A stretch of DNA of 64,000 nt from a virus, in IMG/VR virus record IMGVR_UViG_3300048573_000442; one strand, 5' to 3'. Within the stretch, counting starts at the first letter, position 1. Each line of letters opens with the position of its first letter. The position numbers were made by a program, and so were the translations under genes. Shown in pieces: positions 17,737-26,423 of the stretch. The notes under the pieces are model-generated. The model saw only the letters and a list, made by a program, of their open reading frames with translations. It was not told where the DNA came from and made no database searches.

Positions 17737-18206
17737 CGACGACGAATTACTGAACGAAGTTTAATACGGGAAATAAGTTCTTCAAGAGTTGAGAAAAGCG
17801 GGATTTCGAACCGATCACATACCATTTCCACATTGCCCTTTCGCCAATAGCCCTCTGGGCAGCAAACAAAGACTTTATTGGACTTTGCATAAAGCCCTAG
17901 TTCCATCAGAGTAATTGGCGCTTTGGTTTTTGGGTCAAAATAGTAAACGATTAGATCTGCAGAATCTTGATTATCTAACTCCCAAGTAACTTGCTCATTA
18001 AACTGCGGGTCCTTTATGCTTTGAACCCAGGAGGAATCCCAATCATCCCGCCGAGGATTTAGCAGGATTACATTAAACTTTTCTAAGTTACGGGCGACAG
18101 TTTCTTGCCAATTTTCGGCTTCTCCCATCTCAATGGAGCCACCGAGAAATACTGACAATGCACCAGTATTATTTTCCCACTGATTTGGAGACTTAATTTC
18201 TGTCAT
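17733..18206 (-). CDS. Nucleoside 2-deoxyribosyltransferase-like protein
   Basis: VFLGGSI..A.NWQ, LLNPRRDDW, EQVTWEL..AD.IVYYF..T.APITLMELG. Confidence 0.85.
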   Translation of the reverse strand: MTEIKSPNQWENNTGALSVFLGGSIEMGEAENWQETVARNLEKFNVILLNPRRDDWDSSWVQSIKDPQFNEQVTWELDNQDSADLIVYYFDPKTKAPITLMELGLYAKSNKVFVCCPEGYWRKGNVEMVCDRFEIPLFSTLEELISRIKLRSVIRRR

Positions 18207-18376
18207 TTTTTATTTCGCTTCATTGATTGGTAGATAGAACGCCCACAAGCGGGATCATTCATTTTGGCACCCGTCTTTTTATCTTTGCCGCCTGTCAACC
18301 AATTTTCATCAATTGCCCCCTTATCTTGGAGATGACGAACCAGGGCTCGAAGGTTTTTAGCGCGTTTTGAGTTCAT
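18203..18376 (-). CDS. Small basic hypothetical protein (57 aa)
   Basis: Below the ORF-track cutoff; MNSKRAKNLRALVRHL...DPACGRSIYQSMKRNKK*; ATGA overlap with the next gene. Confidence 0.7.
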   Translation of the reverse strand: MNSKRAKNLRALVRHLQDKGAIDENWLTGGKDKKTGAKMNDPACGRSIYQSMKRNKK

Positions 18377-18386
18377 TGTTTTCCCT

Positions 18387-19019
18387 TTACAAAATGCCAG
18401 AATATCTAGGATTATAATCAGAATCAGTATGTTCGACCATATAATCGGTCTTTGAAGTGAATAAAAGAGCTTCCCAGCGAGTTACGCTAGCCGTACCAAG
18501 CTTGCCCAACTTTGGGCGCAAGATAACAAATTTAATTTTGTCTGGATCTACGCCAAGGTTTTCGATGAAAAGTGGGGCATCAGCACCAAATACGTTTAAT
18601 TCGTGCAAAGTTTTTTGAGGTCTACGGGTTCCCTTATCGTCCCTTAAAACTGTTGACTTTTCACACTTAGAAATTTTGAAAGCCCCAGTAGAAAATTGTG
18701 CTGAATGATGCGTAGTGGGATTTGGAGTAATCATTGCCCTTCGACCATTTGACCTAATCGCAAAATCAAAGAGCGAATCTATGAACTTGGAGTATGTTCC
18801 TTGGCTGATTACGCTTCTTGGTTTGCCGACAGCTGCGGCGATAACCTCTTTATTCGGCGAAAGCATCGCATTCCCGTTCTGCTTCGCGATCCATGGACCC
18901 ATAAAATCGTACGCTCGTGAATACATTTCATAGTTGGCTGCCACGATTCGCAGTACGTCAGAAAAAGAAGTCGTGGGTCGGAACACATCGACCCTGATAT
19001 TATTTGTATTATAGCTCAT
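18387..19019 (-). CDS. Hypothetical protein
   Basis: 210-aa ORF in the operon; no motif recognised. Confidence 0.75.
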   Translation of the reverse strand: MSYNTNNIRVDVFRPTTSFSDVLRIVAANYEMYSRAYDFMGPWIAKQNGNAMLSPNKEVIAAAVGKPRSVISQGTYSKFIDSLFDFAIRSNGRRAMITPNPTTHHSAQFSTGAFKISKCEKSTVLRDDKGTRRPQKTLHELNVFGADAPLFIENLGVDPDKIKFVILRPKLGKLGTASVTRWEALLFTSKTDYMVEHTDSDYNPRYSGIL

Positions 19020-19026
19020 GATATTT

Positions 19027-19575
19027 TTATTGTAAACCAGTGTACCAAAAATCTTTCTGTGGTAGCAGGTCTTCTAGCAGAAAGATGTCGATCGATGTCC
19101 CATTTTGAGCAATAGTCATTTTCGGCGGGATGTTCATGTCCTTACTTAGGCCAGCTACAAAGGTTGATGAACGATTCCATTTAAAAATAAGCAACGGGAT
19201 TTTATTAATTTTGACAGCATCTACTACAGATTCTTGCATCCATTTAAAAATGTTTGCATTGCCTGCAACCATAATTTCAAAGCTATCAGATTTCGCGTAT
19301 GATTTACACTCTATAGAGAAATTAAAACACACCTTTGCTTCTTTCTGATTGACAGGCACTACATCCCCGACAAATATGTTTAGGGCTTCTTGCCCAAATA
19401 ATTCGCCATAAGCTTGGAAGTTTTTTCCGCCTACTCTGGCTCCGCTGCCTGGGGTCCTGATAAATTTTAGTGGAGCTAATGCCGTTGAAAGCTTTTTAGC
19501 AACCTGATTTTCGAACCCCGACCCTTTAGCTTTGCTGTTAAATCGCTTAGTCTTCTTTTCCTTGATTTGGTCCAT
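19027..19575 (-). CDS. Holliday junction resolvase-like PD-(D/E)XK nuclease
   Basis: SKAKGSGFENQVAK..RTPGSGA..GDV..FSIECKSY; GGAGG RBS. Confidence 0.8.
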   Translation of the reverse strand: MDQIKEKKTKRFNSKAKGSGFENQVAKKLSTALAPLKFIRTPGSGARVGGKNFQAYGELFGQEALNIFVGDVVPVNQKEAKVCFNFSIECKSYAKSDSFEIMVAGNANIFKWMQESVVDAVKINKIPLLIFKWNRSSTFVAGLSKDMNIPPKMTIAQNGTSIDIFLLEDLLPQKDFWYTGLQ

Positions 19576-19586
19576 AGACCTCCCAT

Positions 19587-19648
19587 ATAGTTTTGTTTAT
19601 GTGTATCGTGTTCTTGGCACGGTGGTATTTATCACATGAACAAAACTA
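19587..19648 (-). promoter_or_regulatory. Late promoter GATAAATA (19626-19633) inside a 16-bp inverted repeat
   Basis: TAGTTTTGTTTATGTG (19587-19602) vs CACATGAACAAAACTA (19633-19648), one mismatch. Confidence 0.75.
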
Positions 19649-19650
19649 AA

Positions 19651-20220
19651 TTAGGGGCAATCTGTCCCGAGAAAAATTGAAGTTTCCCTTAATAAGCCAT
19701 ACCCGCATTCTGTGACGGGTTTACCGAATAAGCGATATTGTTCCAGCATTAAGCGTTCATTGCTGGAGTTTGCAAGTTCGAAGTCTGCCAACTTTGAATC
19801 TCGCTTAATTTCACCGGTTAGGGCGTCAATGACTTTAACAGAATAATACTGAGATAGCTTTTTCCAAATTGAGATAGATTCTGGGCTCAACTCTACATCA
19901 GAAATAATGCTGTTGCCGTTACCCCGCAAAGTCCGATGAAGAGAAGTAATGAAACCCCGGTTTCTCCATTTAGGGACAACAAAAGTCCTATTGATTACAA
20001 GTGCTTTTGGTTGCAAAATTTGCACTGCTTTAGCAAATGCGACCATTTCATTATCAACGACAATAACAAAGAAAAAATCATTTGCAAATTGCTGATAGAG
20101 CAATTTATGACCTTCGACGTTCGCCGTTTTATAAGGTTGCAGATCTGTTAAAATTGACAGTTCAAACGGGTTAGCGTTTGGTTGCTGCGGAATTCGCGTA
20201 ATTTCGCTAAGTTTTACCAT
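19651..20220 (-). CDS. GNAT-fold acetyltransferase (paralog 1)
   Basis: TFVVPKWRNRGFITSL (acetyl-CoA motif A) and SDVELSPESISIWKKL. Confidence 0.75.
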   Translation of the reverse strand: MVKLSEITRIPQQPNANPFELSILTDLQPYKTANVEGHKLLYQQFANDFFFVIVVDNEMVAFAKAVQILQPKALVINRTFVVPKWRNRGFITSLHRTLRGNGNSIISDVELSPESISIWKKLSQYYSVKVIDALTGEIKRDSKLADFELANSSNERLMLEQYRLFGKPVTECGYGLLRETSIFLGTDCP

Positions 20221-20795
20221 TATGGTAACGATTCGCCTATAAAAATTTGGTGCTCAAGTGTTTGGAAATTGTTTGGGGAATAAAGCCATTTGTGAATTCG
20301 TTCTAAAAGAAAATGATCAGCGTTTACATACGCGGGGTTGTCAAAATCACAATCAACCGCGTTACGCCTTCCCCCGGAATCCCTATCTACTACTTTCATT
20401 CCGTTAGTATGTTTCCTCAAATTCTTCCAAATTGAAATTGATTCCGGTGAAAGTTGCGAATCTGAAACCAGCACAAACCCCTGGTTATGAAGCGTCAAAT
20501 AAAGTGCGGTCATTAATCCTCGGTTCCTGAATTTCAGCGGAGCCCAAGTTTGCTTTATGATTATGCCGCCTTCAATATCATCTAGCTTGACAGCCTTCAT
20601 ATACGCAGCATTTTCCCCATTTACTTGAACTACGAAAAAATAACTGTCGCCCACTTCATTACATAGTAACGGATACTGTTCGACTTTGGCCTTCCTAAAC
20701 TGTGTCGCGCAATCAAACACCCCATGTTCAAATTGGAAAATGTTTGACTGCTTCGGAATTTTTGAAACTTCAGCTAATTTCATCAATTTCGCCAT
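20220..20795 (-). CDS. GNAT-fold acetyltransferase (paralog 2)
   Basis: TWAPLKFRNRGLMTAL and SDSQLSPESISIWKNL; tandem paralog of 19651..20220. Confidence 0.75.
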   Translation of the reverse strand: MAKLMKLAEVSKIPKQSNIFQFEHGVFDCATQFRKAKVEQYPLLCNEVGDSYFFVVQVNGENAAYMKAVKLDDIEGGIIIKQTWAPLKFRNRGLMTALYLTLHNQGFVLVSDSQLSPESISIWKNLRKHTNGMKVVDRDSGGRRNAVDCDFDNPAYVNADHFLLERIHKWLYSPNNFQTLEHQIFIGESLP

Positions 20796-22527
20796 TGACG
20801 ATTATTCTGCTGAATCCGTTCTGTTTGCGAATTGTTACTGTTCGATCAAATCGGCCAACTGCTTCAGGACGATGGGAGATGATCCAAAGTCCTAAGCCCT
20901 CATCCCGTGTTTTATCTTTAAGCAGCTTGAACACATTTTCTACACCAGAAGCATCTAAACTCGCATCAATCTCATCAATAAACATTAGGTTGACACGGCT
21001 ATGCAGATGGTGAAGAACGTCCCTGAAAGCTAAAGACATAGACAGGTTTACTCGTTTCTTTTCACCGCTTGAAAGATTGCCAAAATCAAGTTCCCGCCCG
21101 TATTCTGCAACACAGCAACTCATATCATCGTCAAATCGCACAACATGTGGCAATCCGAGCTCTTTAGTATAATGGACCAAGCGATTGTTTAGGAATGGGA
21201 TGGTTTTTTGAATAATCTTCCGGCGAATAAACGAGTTTTTATCAGTCAGCAGTTTTAGAAGGAACTGCTGGTGGTCCAAAACCTTTTTTAGTTCATTTAG
21301 GTCAGTATAGTCAATAGAAGTAACTGGATTTAACACAAGCTGTTCATATGCTTCTTCATGGGGGTTTAAAGCTGATAAGTTTTCCTGAATTTTCTGTGAA
21401 GCAGTGGAAGCAATCGCTTCAGCTTTTATTGCCTCTGACAATGAAGCGAATTTCATGAGAGACTTTGCGTTTTTGCGCTGCTCAATAATCTCTGCGGCTT
21501 CATCTGATAAGGTTTTAACAATACCCTCAAATTCTTCTTGCTGAATAATCTTTTCTTCAAGAAGCGCCCGTTTTTCTTCAAGCTTAACCATCGCCCCAGC
21601 ATATTCTTGTAAGCAGTAAGGACATTTTGCATCCTCAAGATGTTCAAGTTCGGCCACAAGCTTTTTAACTTCTTGCGCAATCGCGGTCTTGTCCTTTTTA
21701 GCAACGGAAAGTTTTTTCTCAATACTAGCTTCTTGATCCTTTAACATTGAAACCAGGGAATGCAATTCCTTCTCTTCGTCCATGTTTACAGCTTCCATCA
21801 GTTCGAGCTGCTTTTTTAGGCTTTCCACTTGATTACTGCGGTCGGTTTCCCATCGCTCAATGCGCGACTTTGCATCTTTAACATGCTTATTGTAAAGTGT
21901 TACGGCAGCTTCACGTTCTCGAATGATTGCCTCTTGAACAGAAATGCTTCCTTCGGTTTGCTTAATGCGTTCTTTGAGCTTAATAGCTTTCTCTGTCAAT
22001 ATAGTGATATTAAACAGTTCTTCGATTTGCTGGCGTTGCTGGGAAACTGGCACCATAAGAAACGGCATGCTGTTCCCTGAAAAGATTATGACTTTGGTAA
22101 ACAAATCATAGCTCATGCCAATAATTTCTTGAACTAGCGCATCGTTTCCAGTAACACTGTCTAATGTAATATCTTCGCCGTTTTTTAGGACCTGAATGTT
22201 AAAGGTTTCTCCCCTACAACGGTAGACTTCATATTCGTCATCTCCCTTTGAAAAGAAAATGCGGACCTCCATCAGCGTGCCTTTAAGCCCGTTTGTCTTA
22301 TTCACTAAGTTGTTTAGGGAAATTGAATCAAACGGTTTGTTATATAGCGCATAGCATATTGCGTTAATGATTGCACTTTTACCGCAGCCATTTGCGCCCA
22401 TCGTGTCTAAGTTTTCCCCGACGATTAAGGTACTTCCCAAAGTGGTCAGATCAATCGTAATGGTTGCATTTCCGAATGAGAGCAAATTTCTGAGTTCAAT
22501 ATATTTTAAAATTAACGGATTTGACAA
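20770..22527 (-). CDS. gp46: Recombination endonuclease ATPase subunit (gp46 / SbcC-Rad50-like)
   Basis: Walker A GANGCGKS, coiled coil with CPYC zinc hook, signature LSSGEKKR, Walker B MFIDEIDASLD, IISH; TTG start. Confidence 0.95.
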   Translation of the reverse strand: MSNPLILKYIELRNLLSFGNATITIDLTTLGSTLIVGENLDTMGANGCGKSAIINAICYALYNKPFDSISLNNLVNKTNGLKGTLMEVRIFFSKGDDEYEVYRCRGETFNIQVLKNGEDITLDSVTGNDALVQEIIGMSYDLFTKVIIFSGNSMPFLMVPVSQQRQQIEELFNITILTEKAIKLKERIKQTEGSISVQEAIIREREAAVTLYNKHVKDAKSRIERWETDRSNQVESLKKQLELMEAVNMDEEKELHSLVSMLKDQEASIEKKLSVAKKDKTAIAQEVKKLVAELEHLEDAKCPYCLQEYAGAMVKLEEKRALLEEKIIQQEEFEGIVKTLSDEAAEIIEQRKNAKSLMKFASLSEAIKAEAIASTASQKIQENLSALNPHEEAYEQLVLNPVTSIDYTDLNELKKVLDHQQFLLKLLTDKNSFIRRKIIQKTIPFLNNRLVHYTKELGLPHVVRFDDDMSCCVAEYGRELDFGNLSSGEKKRVNLSMSLAFRDVLHHLHSRVNLMFIDEIDASLDASGVENVFKLLKDKTRDEGLGLWIISHRPEAVGRFDRTVTIRKQNGFSRIIVNGEIDEIS

Positions 22528-22537
22528 TTTCTATCCT

Positions 22538-23569
22538 TTATAGGTTTTGATAGATTTCTACGAGGCGTTTTGATTCAATCGACGATGCATTAGTCAATCC
22601 AGTCTGAAGCATTTTTATAACTGCATCGTTTAACGAGCTCAAGTCAAAGTTCTCTAAAACTTCTTCCCCGGCTATAGCTTCTTTTCGCTCGGCAGTGTTT
22701 TCTTCTAGGACAAATTCCCTTAAAGAAAAAAGTTTAACCATTTCGTCTTTAAGCGTCTGAGCATCCATGTAACTGATTTCAACATCTAACAGGCAGCGAA
22801 CTCTGCATTTAGTCGGAAAGTCTGGAACCTTCCCATCTAGAATATCTGACAGTTTCACTTTGCGATATTTGGGGCAATCATCCCAGTCGATGAAATCAAC
22901 ATCGGCAGTTTCTGTGTCCAATATGCACATTCCTCGCGCATCATCCCAAGCATCTCCATAATTTGTCGGGAACGTATTGCCGATATAAACGATGTTATCG
23001 GTTGCTTGGCGCTTATGAAAATGCCCAGAGAAAATGTATTCAGGTCCAGCAAACTGTTTATGGTCTGGGCCATGTTCGATTCGTCGGTCTGAACCGGTCA
23101 CGATAAAGTTTCTAAATTCAAAATGACCGAATACGTATTTCGGCTTATTTTTGGTAATTCCTTCTGCCATTAACGGATATTCTTCGTTGAAAAGAAACGG
23201 GAAGAAGGCAAACTTGTCAACGTATTTTGCTTCATTGACTATAATAACGTTTTTGAATTGGGAAAAATGGTATGTTGAAAATTGCTGGCGGGTCGATCGA
23301 TGGAATAAATCGTGATTGCCTACGCAAAAATAAATTGGTAGCCCCAACGCATCTAATTTCAGAAGACCGTCAAATGAAGCATTTAGTGTTGCCACATTTA
23401 TGGAATTCCGGTTTTCAAACCAATCGCCCATAAACACGATGGCATCACATTTCTCTCTTACCGCTGTATTTGCGAACCAATCAATGTAGTCTAAACAGTC
23501 TTGGTTATGAAGAGAGGAATTACCCTTTGCGCCCCAATGAATATCAGTAAAAAGCGCTGGCTTCTTCAT
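22538..23569 (-). CDS. gp47: Recombination endonuclease nuclease subunit (gp47 / SbcD-Mre11-like)
   Basis: FTDIHWG, MGDWF, VGNHD, FGHFE, SGHFH. Confidence 0.95.
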   Translation of the reverse strand: MKKPALFTDIHWGAKGNSSLHNQDCLDYIDWFANTAVREKCDAIVFMGDWFENRNSINVATLNASFDGLLKLDALGLPIYFCVGNHDLFHRSTRQQFSTYHFSQFKNVIIVNEAKYVDKFAFFPFLFNEEYPLMAEGITKNKPKYVFGHFEFRNFIVTGSDRRIEHGPDHKQFAGPEYIFSGHFHKRQATDNIVYIGNTFPTNYGDAWDDARGMCILDTETADVDFIDWDDCPKYRKVKLSDILDGKVPDFPTKCRVRCLLDVEISYMDAQTLKDEMVKLFSLREFVLEENTAERKEAIAGEEVLENFDLSSLNDAVIKMLQTGLTNASSIESKRLVEIYQNL

Positions 23570-24135
23570 TCGGCAGCCTTTCTCACAAAACTGCGAGTTT
23601 CTGCATCATAAACCAAATCAGCGCCGGTTAAGATAGTTACTTCGCCAGGTTCCCGACCTGGGTATCTTGCGGTTTCTTCACACTCGCCAATATCATTAGG
23701 ATTTACCAAATCCCCGTCTAGTTCTTTAAGAACTGTGCTATCAACATAGTTAAAACTCGGGTTTGACCCAGCATTTATTAGCAGTTTGTCTCTAATGTTT
23801 TGTTGCTTTTTCTCATTTGCAATAAACTGTAGAAACGAATTATGAATTGCGGTCGTATAGAAAGCAAATGGGTTATCATACTTTTCGCAATTAAATTTTA
23901 AGGCATTTTTACAAAGGTTTTCAACTGCAGAAGAAACCATATCAGCTCGAAATGAATAGTTGACAAAACTACCCTTTTTAGAGTACCGATCTGCAATCAT
24001 CCAAACCATTTTGATAAGGCGCTCCGTGACCTCGCCTTTTGCTTTCGCTTCGATTACTGCCGGTAAAAGATCGGCATTCCTTACATAGTGTCCTGTGGTA
24101 GTTGTTGATTTTTCTCTTTTGGTTTTAGGTTTCAA
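23566..24135 (-). CDS. gp55: Late-transcription sigma factor (T4 gp55 family)
   Basis: HYVRNADLL, YSFRADMV..AVEN, KF..EKY.NPFAFYT.AI.NSFLQFI..EKKQ; T4-like 55-47-46 gene order. Confidence 0.9.
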   Translation of the reverse strand: MKPKTKREKSTTTTGHYVRNADLLPAVIEAKAKGEVTERLIKMVWMIADRYSKKGSFVNYSFRADMVSSAVENLCKNALKFNCEKYDNPFAFYTTAIHNSFLQFIANEKKQQNIRDKLLINAGSNPSFNYVDSTVLKELDGDLVNPNDIGECEETARYPGREPGEVTILTGADLVYDAETRSFVRKAAE

Positions 24136-24171
24136 AGTAAAGTTCTCCTTGTTGCTGAAGGAGCTATTTTT

Positions 24172-24177
24172 ATTATA
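24172..24177 (-). promoter_or_regulatory. Sigma70-like -10 (TATAAT) for gp55
   Basis: Perfect TATAAT about 35 nt upstream of the AAGGAG-preceded start; the -35 (TTTAAC at 17 nt spacing) is weak. Confidence 0.55.
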
Positions 24178-24207
24178 CTACGTATAGTAAGAAAGTTAAA
24201 CTCTGTT

Positions 24208-24215
24208 CATAAATA
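24208..24215 (+). promoter_or_regulatory. T4-type late promoter (CATAAATA)
   Basis: Recurrent motif 30 nt upstream of the ATG at 24246, heading the baseplate operon. Confidence 0.75.
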
Positions 24216-24245
24216 CCCATGAACTTCACTTCCTGAGACAAAAAT

Positions 24246-24947
24246 ATGGTAGACGAACAGTATTATTTATTTGAAGCAATGGCTGCCATGGGTAGCAAAC
24301 GAGTCGCGGTCGTAATTGGCCGATTTAACCCTCCCACATTAGGACACTACGCAATTTTTAATAAGGTTAAAAGTGTTCTTCGTGCTAATAGTAAGTTTGA
24401 TCTCGATGTTATTCCTGTAGTCATTGTCATTGGTGGCAGCAAGTCTGATGCTGATAAGTCAAGGAATCCCCTATCAGTAGACGACCGGATAATGTTTATG
24501 CAGGCCTCTGGACATGCTGATGGGATTACGTTCATGTCTGCAAAAAACGCATACGCTGCTCTGGCAAACTTGCGAAATTCAGATTTAGAACCTATTGCTA
24601 TTGCTGCAGGCTCTGACAGAATCGCAGATTATAAACGGATCCTAGATGATAATTTTAAAGACCCAAAGGGCGAGAAAATTAGGCATCATACTATTACTCT
24701 ACAGAGGGATGAAGATTCTGGCGTTGAATTAAACGCACAAGATAAAAATGACGCCCTAGATACATTGCTTGATGAATTAAAGAAAACCGGAAAAATAGAT
24801 GTTGACCTTATTTCTGGCTCACTTGCTAGACGGGCAGTAGAGTTAAATCGACTTGAAGAATTTTCGATTATTACGGGGTTGAAGTCTAAGCCAGTCCTTG
24901 CCAAAAAAATGTTTGGCAAAATACAAACTTCTTTAAGGGGGTCATAA
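24246..24947 (+). CDS. HIGH-superfamily nucleotidyltransferase (cytidylyltransferase-like)
   Basis: VAVVIGRFNPPTLGH, RNPLS..DRI, AGSDRI..Y, ISGSLARRA...F. Confidence 0.85.
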   Translation: MVDEQYYLFEAMAAMGSKRVAVVIGRFNPPTLGHYAIFNKVKSVLRANSKFDLDVIPVVIVIGGSKSDADKSRNPLSVDDRIMFMQASGHADGITFMSAKNAYAALANLRNSDLEPIAIAAGSDRIADYKRILDDNFKDPKGEKIRHHTITLQRDEDSGVELNAQDKNDALDTLLDELKKTGKIDVDLISGSLARRAVELNRLEEFSIITGLKSKPVLAKKMFGKIQTSLRGS

Positions 24948-26024
24948 ATGCCTTCATTTAATTTGGGTAAAACCCTGGCAGCGTCCTTATCAGTACCGTT
25001 AGCAAATGTTGCAAATGCCGCTTCAAACGCAGTTGCTGATAGCGTTGGCAGAGTTGTTTCATCTGCTGCCCAGAGCGTAGCGAATTACGCTCTACCAGAC
25101 GGCGTAACTAAAGCTGCCGAAGCTGCAAACAAGTTACTAAAACAAAACAATATCGGGGACTTTTCAAATCTTACGTCCACTGTTAAATTGGAAACGAAAA
25201 GTGGAGTAACTTCCATTTCTGATGCAGCCAGCGGGAAAATATTAACGCAAGTTGGCCAAGAAGAAACAAATAACGAAGAAGCGGAATTTACTCCGCCCAC
25301 AAAAGAGTTAAAGGTTACCATTTATCAAGAGCCTGCTGGAATCCGACCGGTTATTTTTGATGTCATGCCCACCATTTCAGAAGATGGTTCAGCTTCATAT
25401 GAAGCGTTTTCACCAATTCACCATCCTGGCGAAATCCTAAAATACGTAGGTTCGTCTGCTCGCTCGTGGCAAATTAGTGCCCAATTAGTTTCTCGTAATA
25501 TTGCAGAGGCAAGTAAAAACTTAACGACTCTAAATATTATTAGATCTTGGCGCATGCCGTTTTATGGGCTTGGAACGGAAGCAACAGATGCAGAACTCCT
25601 TGGCGCACCGCCGCCAATTCTGACGTTATCAGCTTATGGCAATAGCGTAATTGGCCCGGTAAAATGTGTCCTAGAATCATATTCTACTAGCTGGCCAAAC
25701 GACGTAGATTATCTGCAGGCAATAGATGAATTGACGGGACAATCTTCCCCGTTTCCTGTAATCTTATCAATAAACATCAACTTGAAAGAGTCTTGGTCTC
25801 CAAAGGAGTTTAGCAATTTCAGCTTGCGAGGTTACCAACGCGGTGACATGCAGTCTGCTTTTTCTGCTGTTAGGGGGCCAAGGCCGACTATAGGGGCAGG
25901 AACGGGAACAACAGGGTCATGGGGTGGCGAAGCGAGAGATGCTTCTGGGAAACGGTACAGCTTAAATGAACCTGCAACTTGGGGCGGAGAAGCAAGGGAT
26001 GCTTCTGGCACAAGGTTTAACTAA
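24948..26024 (+). CDS. Baseplate tail-tube initiator/cap protein (gp48/gp54-like)
   Basis: FDVMPTISE..ASYE..PIHHPG..KY..S.ARSWQISAQL..RN; PPPILTLSAYG..IGPVKCVLESY..WP.DVDY; position before gp53-like gene. Confidence 0.65.
   Translation: MPSFNLGKTLAASLSVPLANVANAASNAVADSVGRVVSSAAQSVANYALPDGVTKAAEAANKLLKQNNIGDFSNLTSTVKLETKSGVTSISDAASGKILTQVGQEETNNEEAEFTPPTKELKVTIYQEPAGIRPVIFDVMPTISEDGSASYEAFSPIHHPGEILKYVGSSARSWQISAQLVSRNIAEASKNLTTLNIIRSWRMPFYGLGTEATDAELLGAPPPILTLSAYGNSVIGPVKCVLESYSTSWPNDVDYLQAIDELTGQSSPFPVILSININLKESWSPKEFSNFSLRGYQRGDMQSAFSAVRGPRPTIGAGTGTTGSWGGEARDASGKRYSLNEPATWGGEARDASGTRFN
25920..26021 (+). repeat. 60-nt-period coding direct repeat (WGGEARDASG x2)
   Basis: TGGGGTGGCGAAGCGAGAGATGCTTCTGG at 25920 and TGGGGCGGAGAAGCAAGGGATGCTTCTGG at 25980; differences are synonymous. 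Confidence 0.9.
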
Positions 26025-26048
26025 ACAATCCTACATAGCAATCAAAAC

Positions 26049-26423
26049 ATGACTAATAGCAACTCTTTATACAACAAATTCTCAAGATATGTAGGTGGAG
26101 GAATTACTGAAACCTCTGGCGACTTCCTAGAATGGTGGGAACGCGCTGAATTTGAGCAAGATGAATCAGATATAGTTTACCCAGTTGAAAACTTTTATGA
26201 GGGTCGATTAGATTTAATCGCTTCAGTTTTCTACAATGAACCAAGATTGTGGTGGTTTATTGCCCAATACAACAACATCCTTAACCCTGCAGAAGAAATA
26301 ACTGCTGGCCGCATTTTGCTAATACCTACAAAATCAAGGATTGCGTTAATGATAAATAGTAGACACGGTGGAGTGCAAAGCACTAGAGCGCCTGTCAATA
26401 CTATTTCCCAAATCATAAAATGA
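26049..26423 (+). CDS. gp53: Baseplate wedge protein, LysM-like (gp53-like)
   Basis: YEGRLDLIASVFYNEPRLWWFIAQYNNILNP.EE...G..LLIP. Confidence 0.85.
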   Translation: MTNSNSLYNKFSRYVGGGITETSGDFLEWWERAEFEQDESDIVYPVENFYEGRLDLIASVFYNEPRLWWFIAQYNNILNPAEEITAGRILLIPTKSRIALMINSRHGGVQSTRAPVNTISQIIK

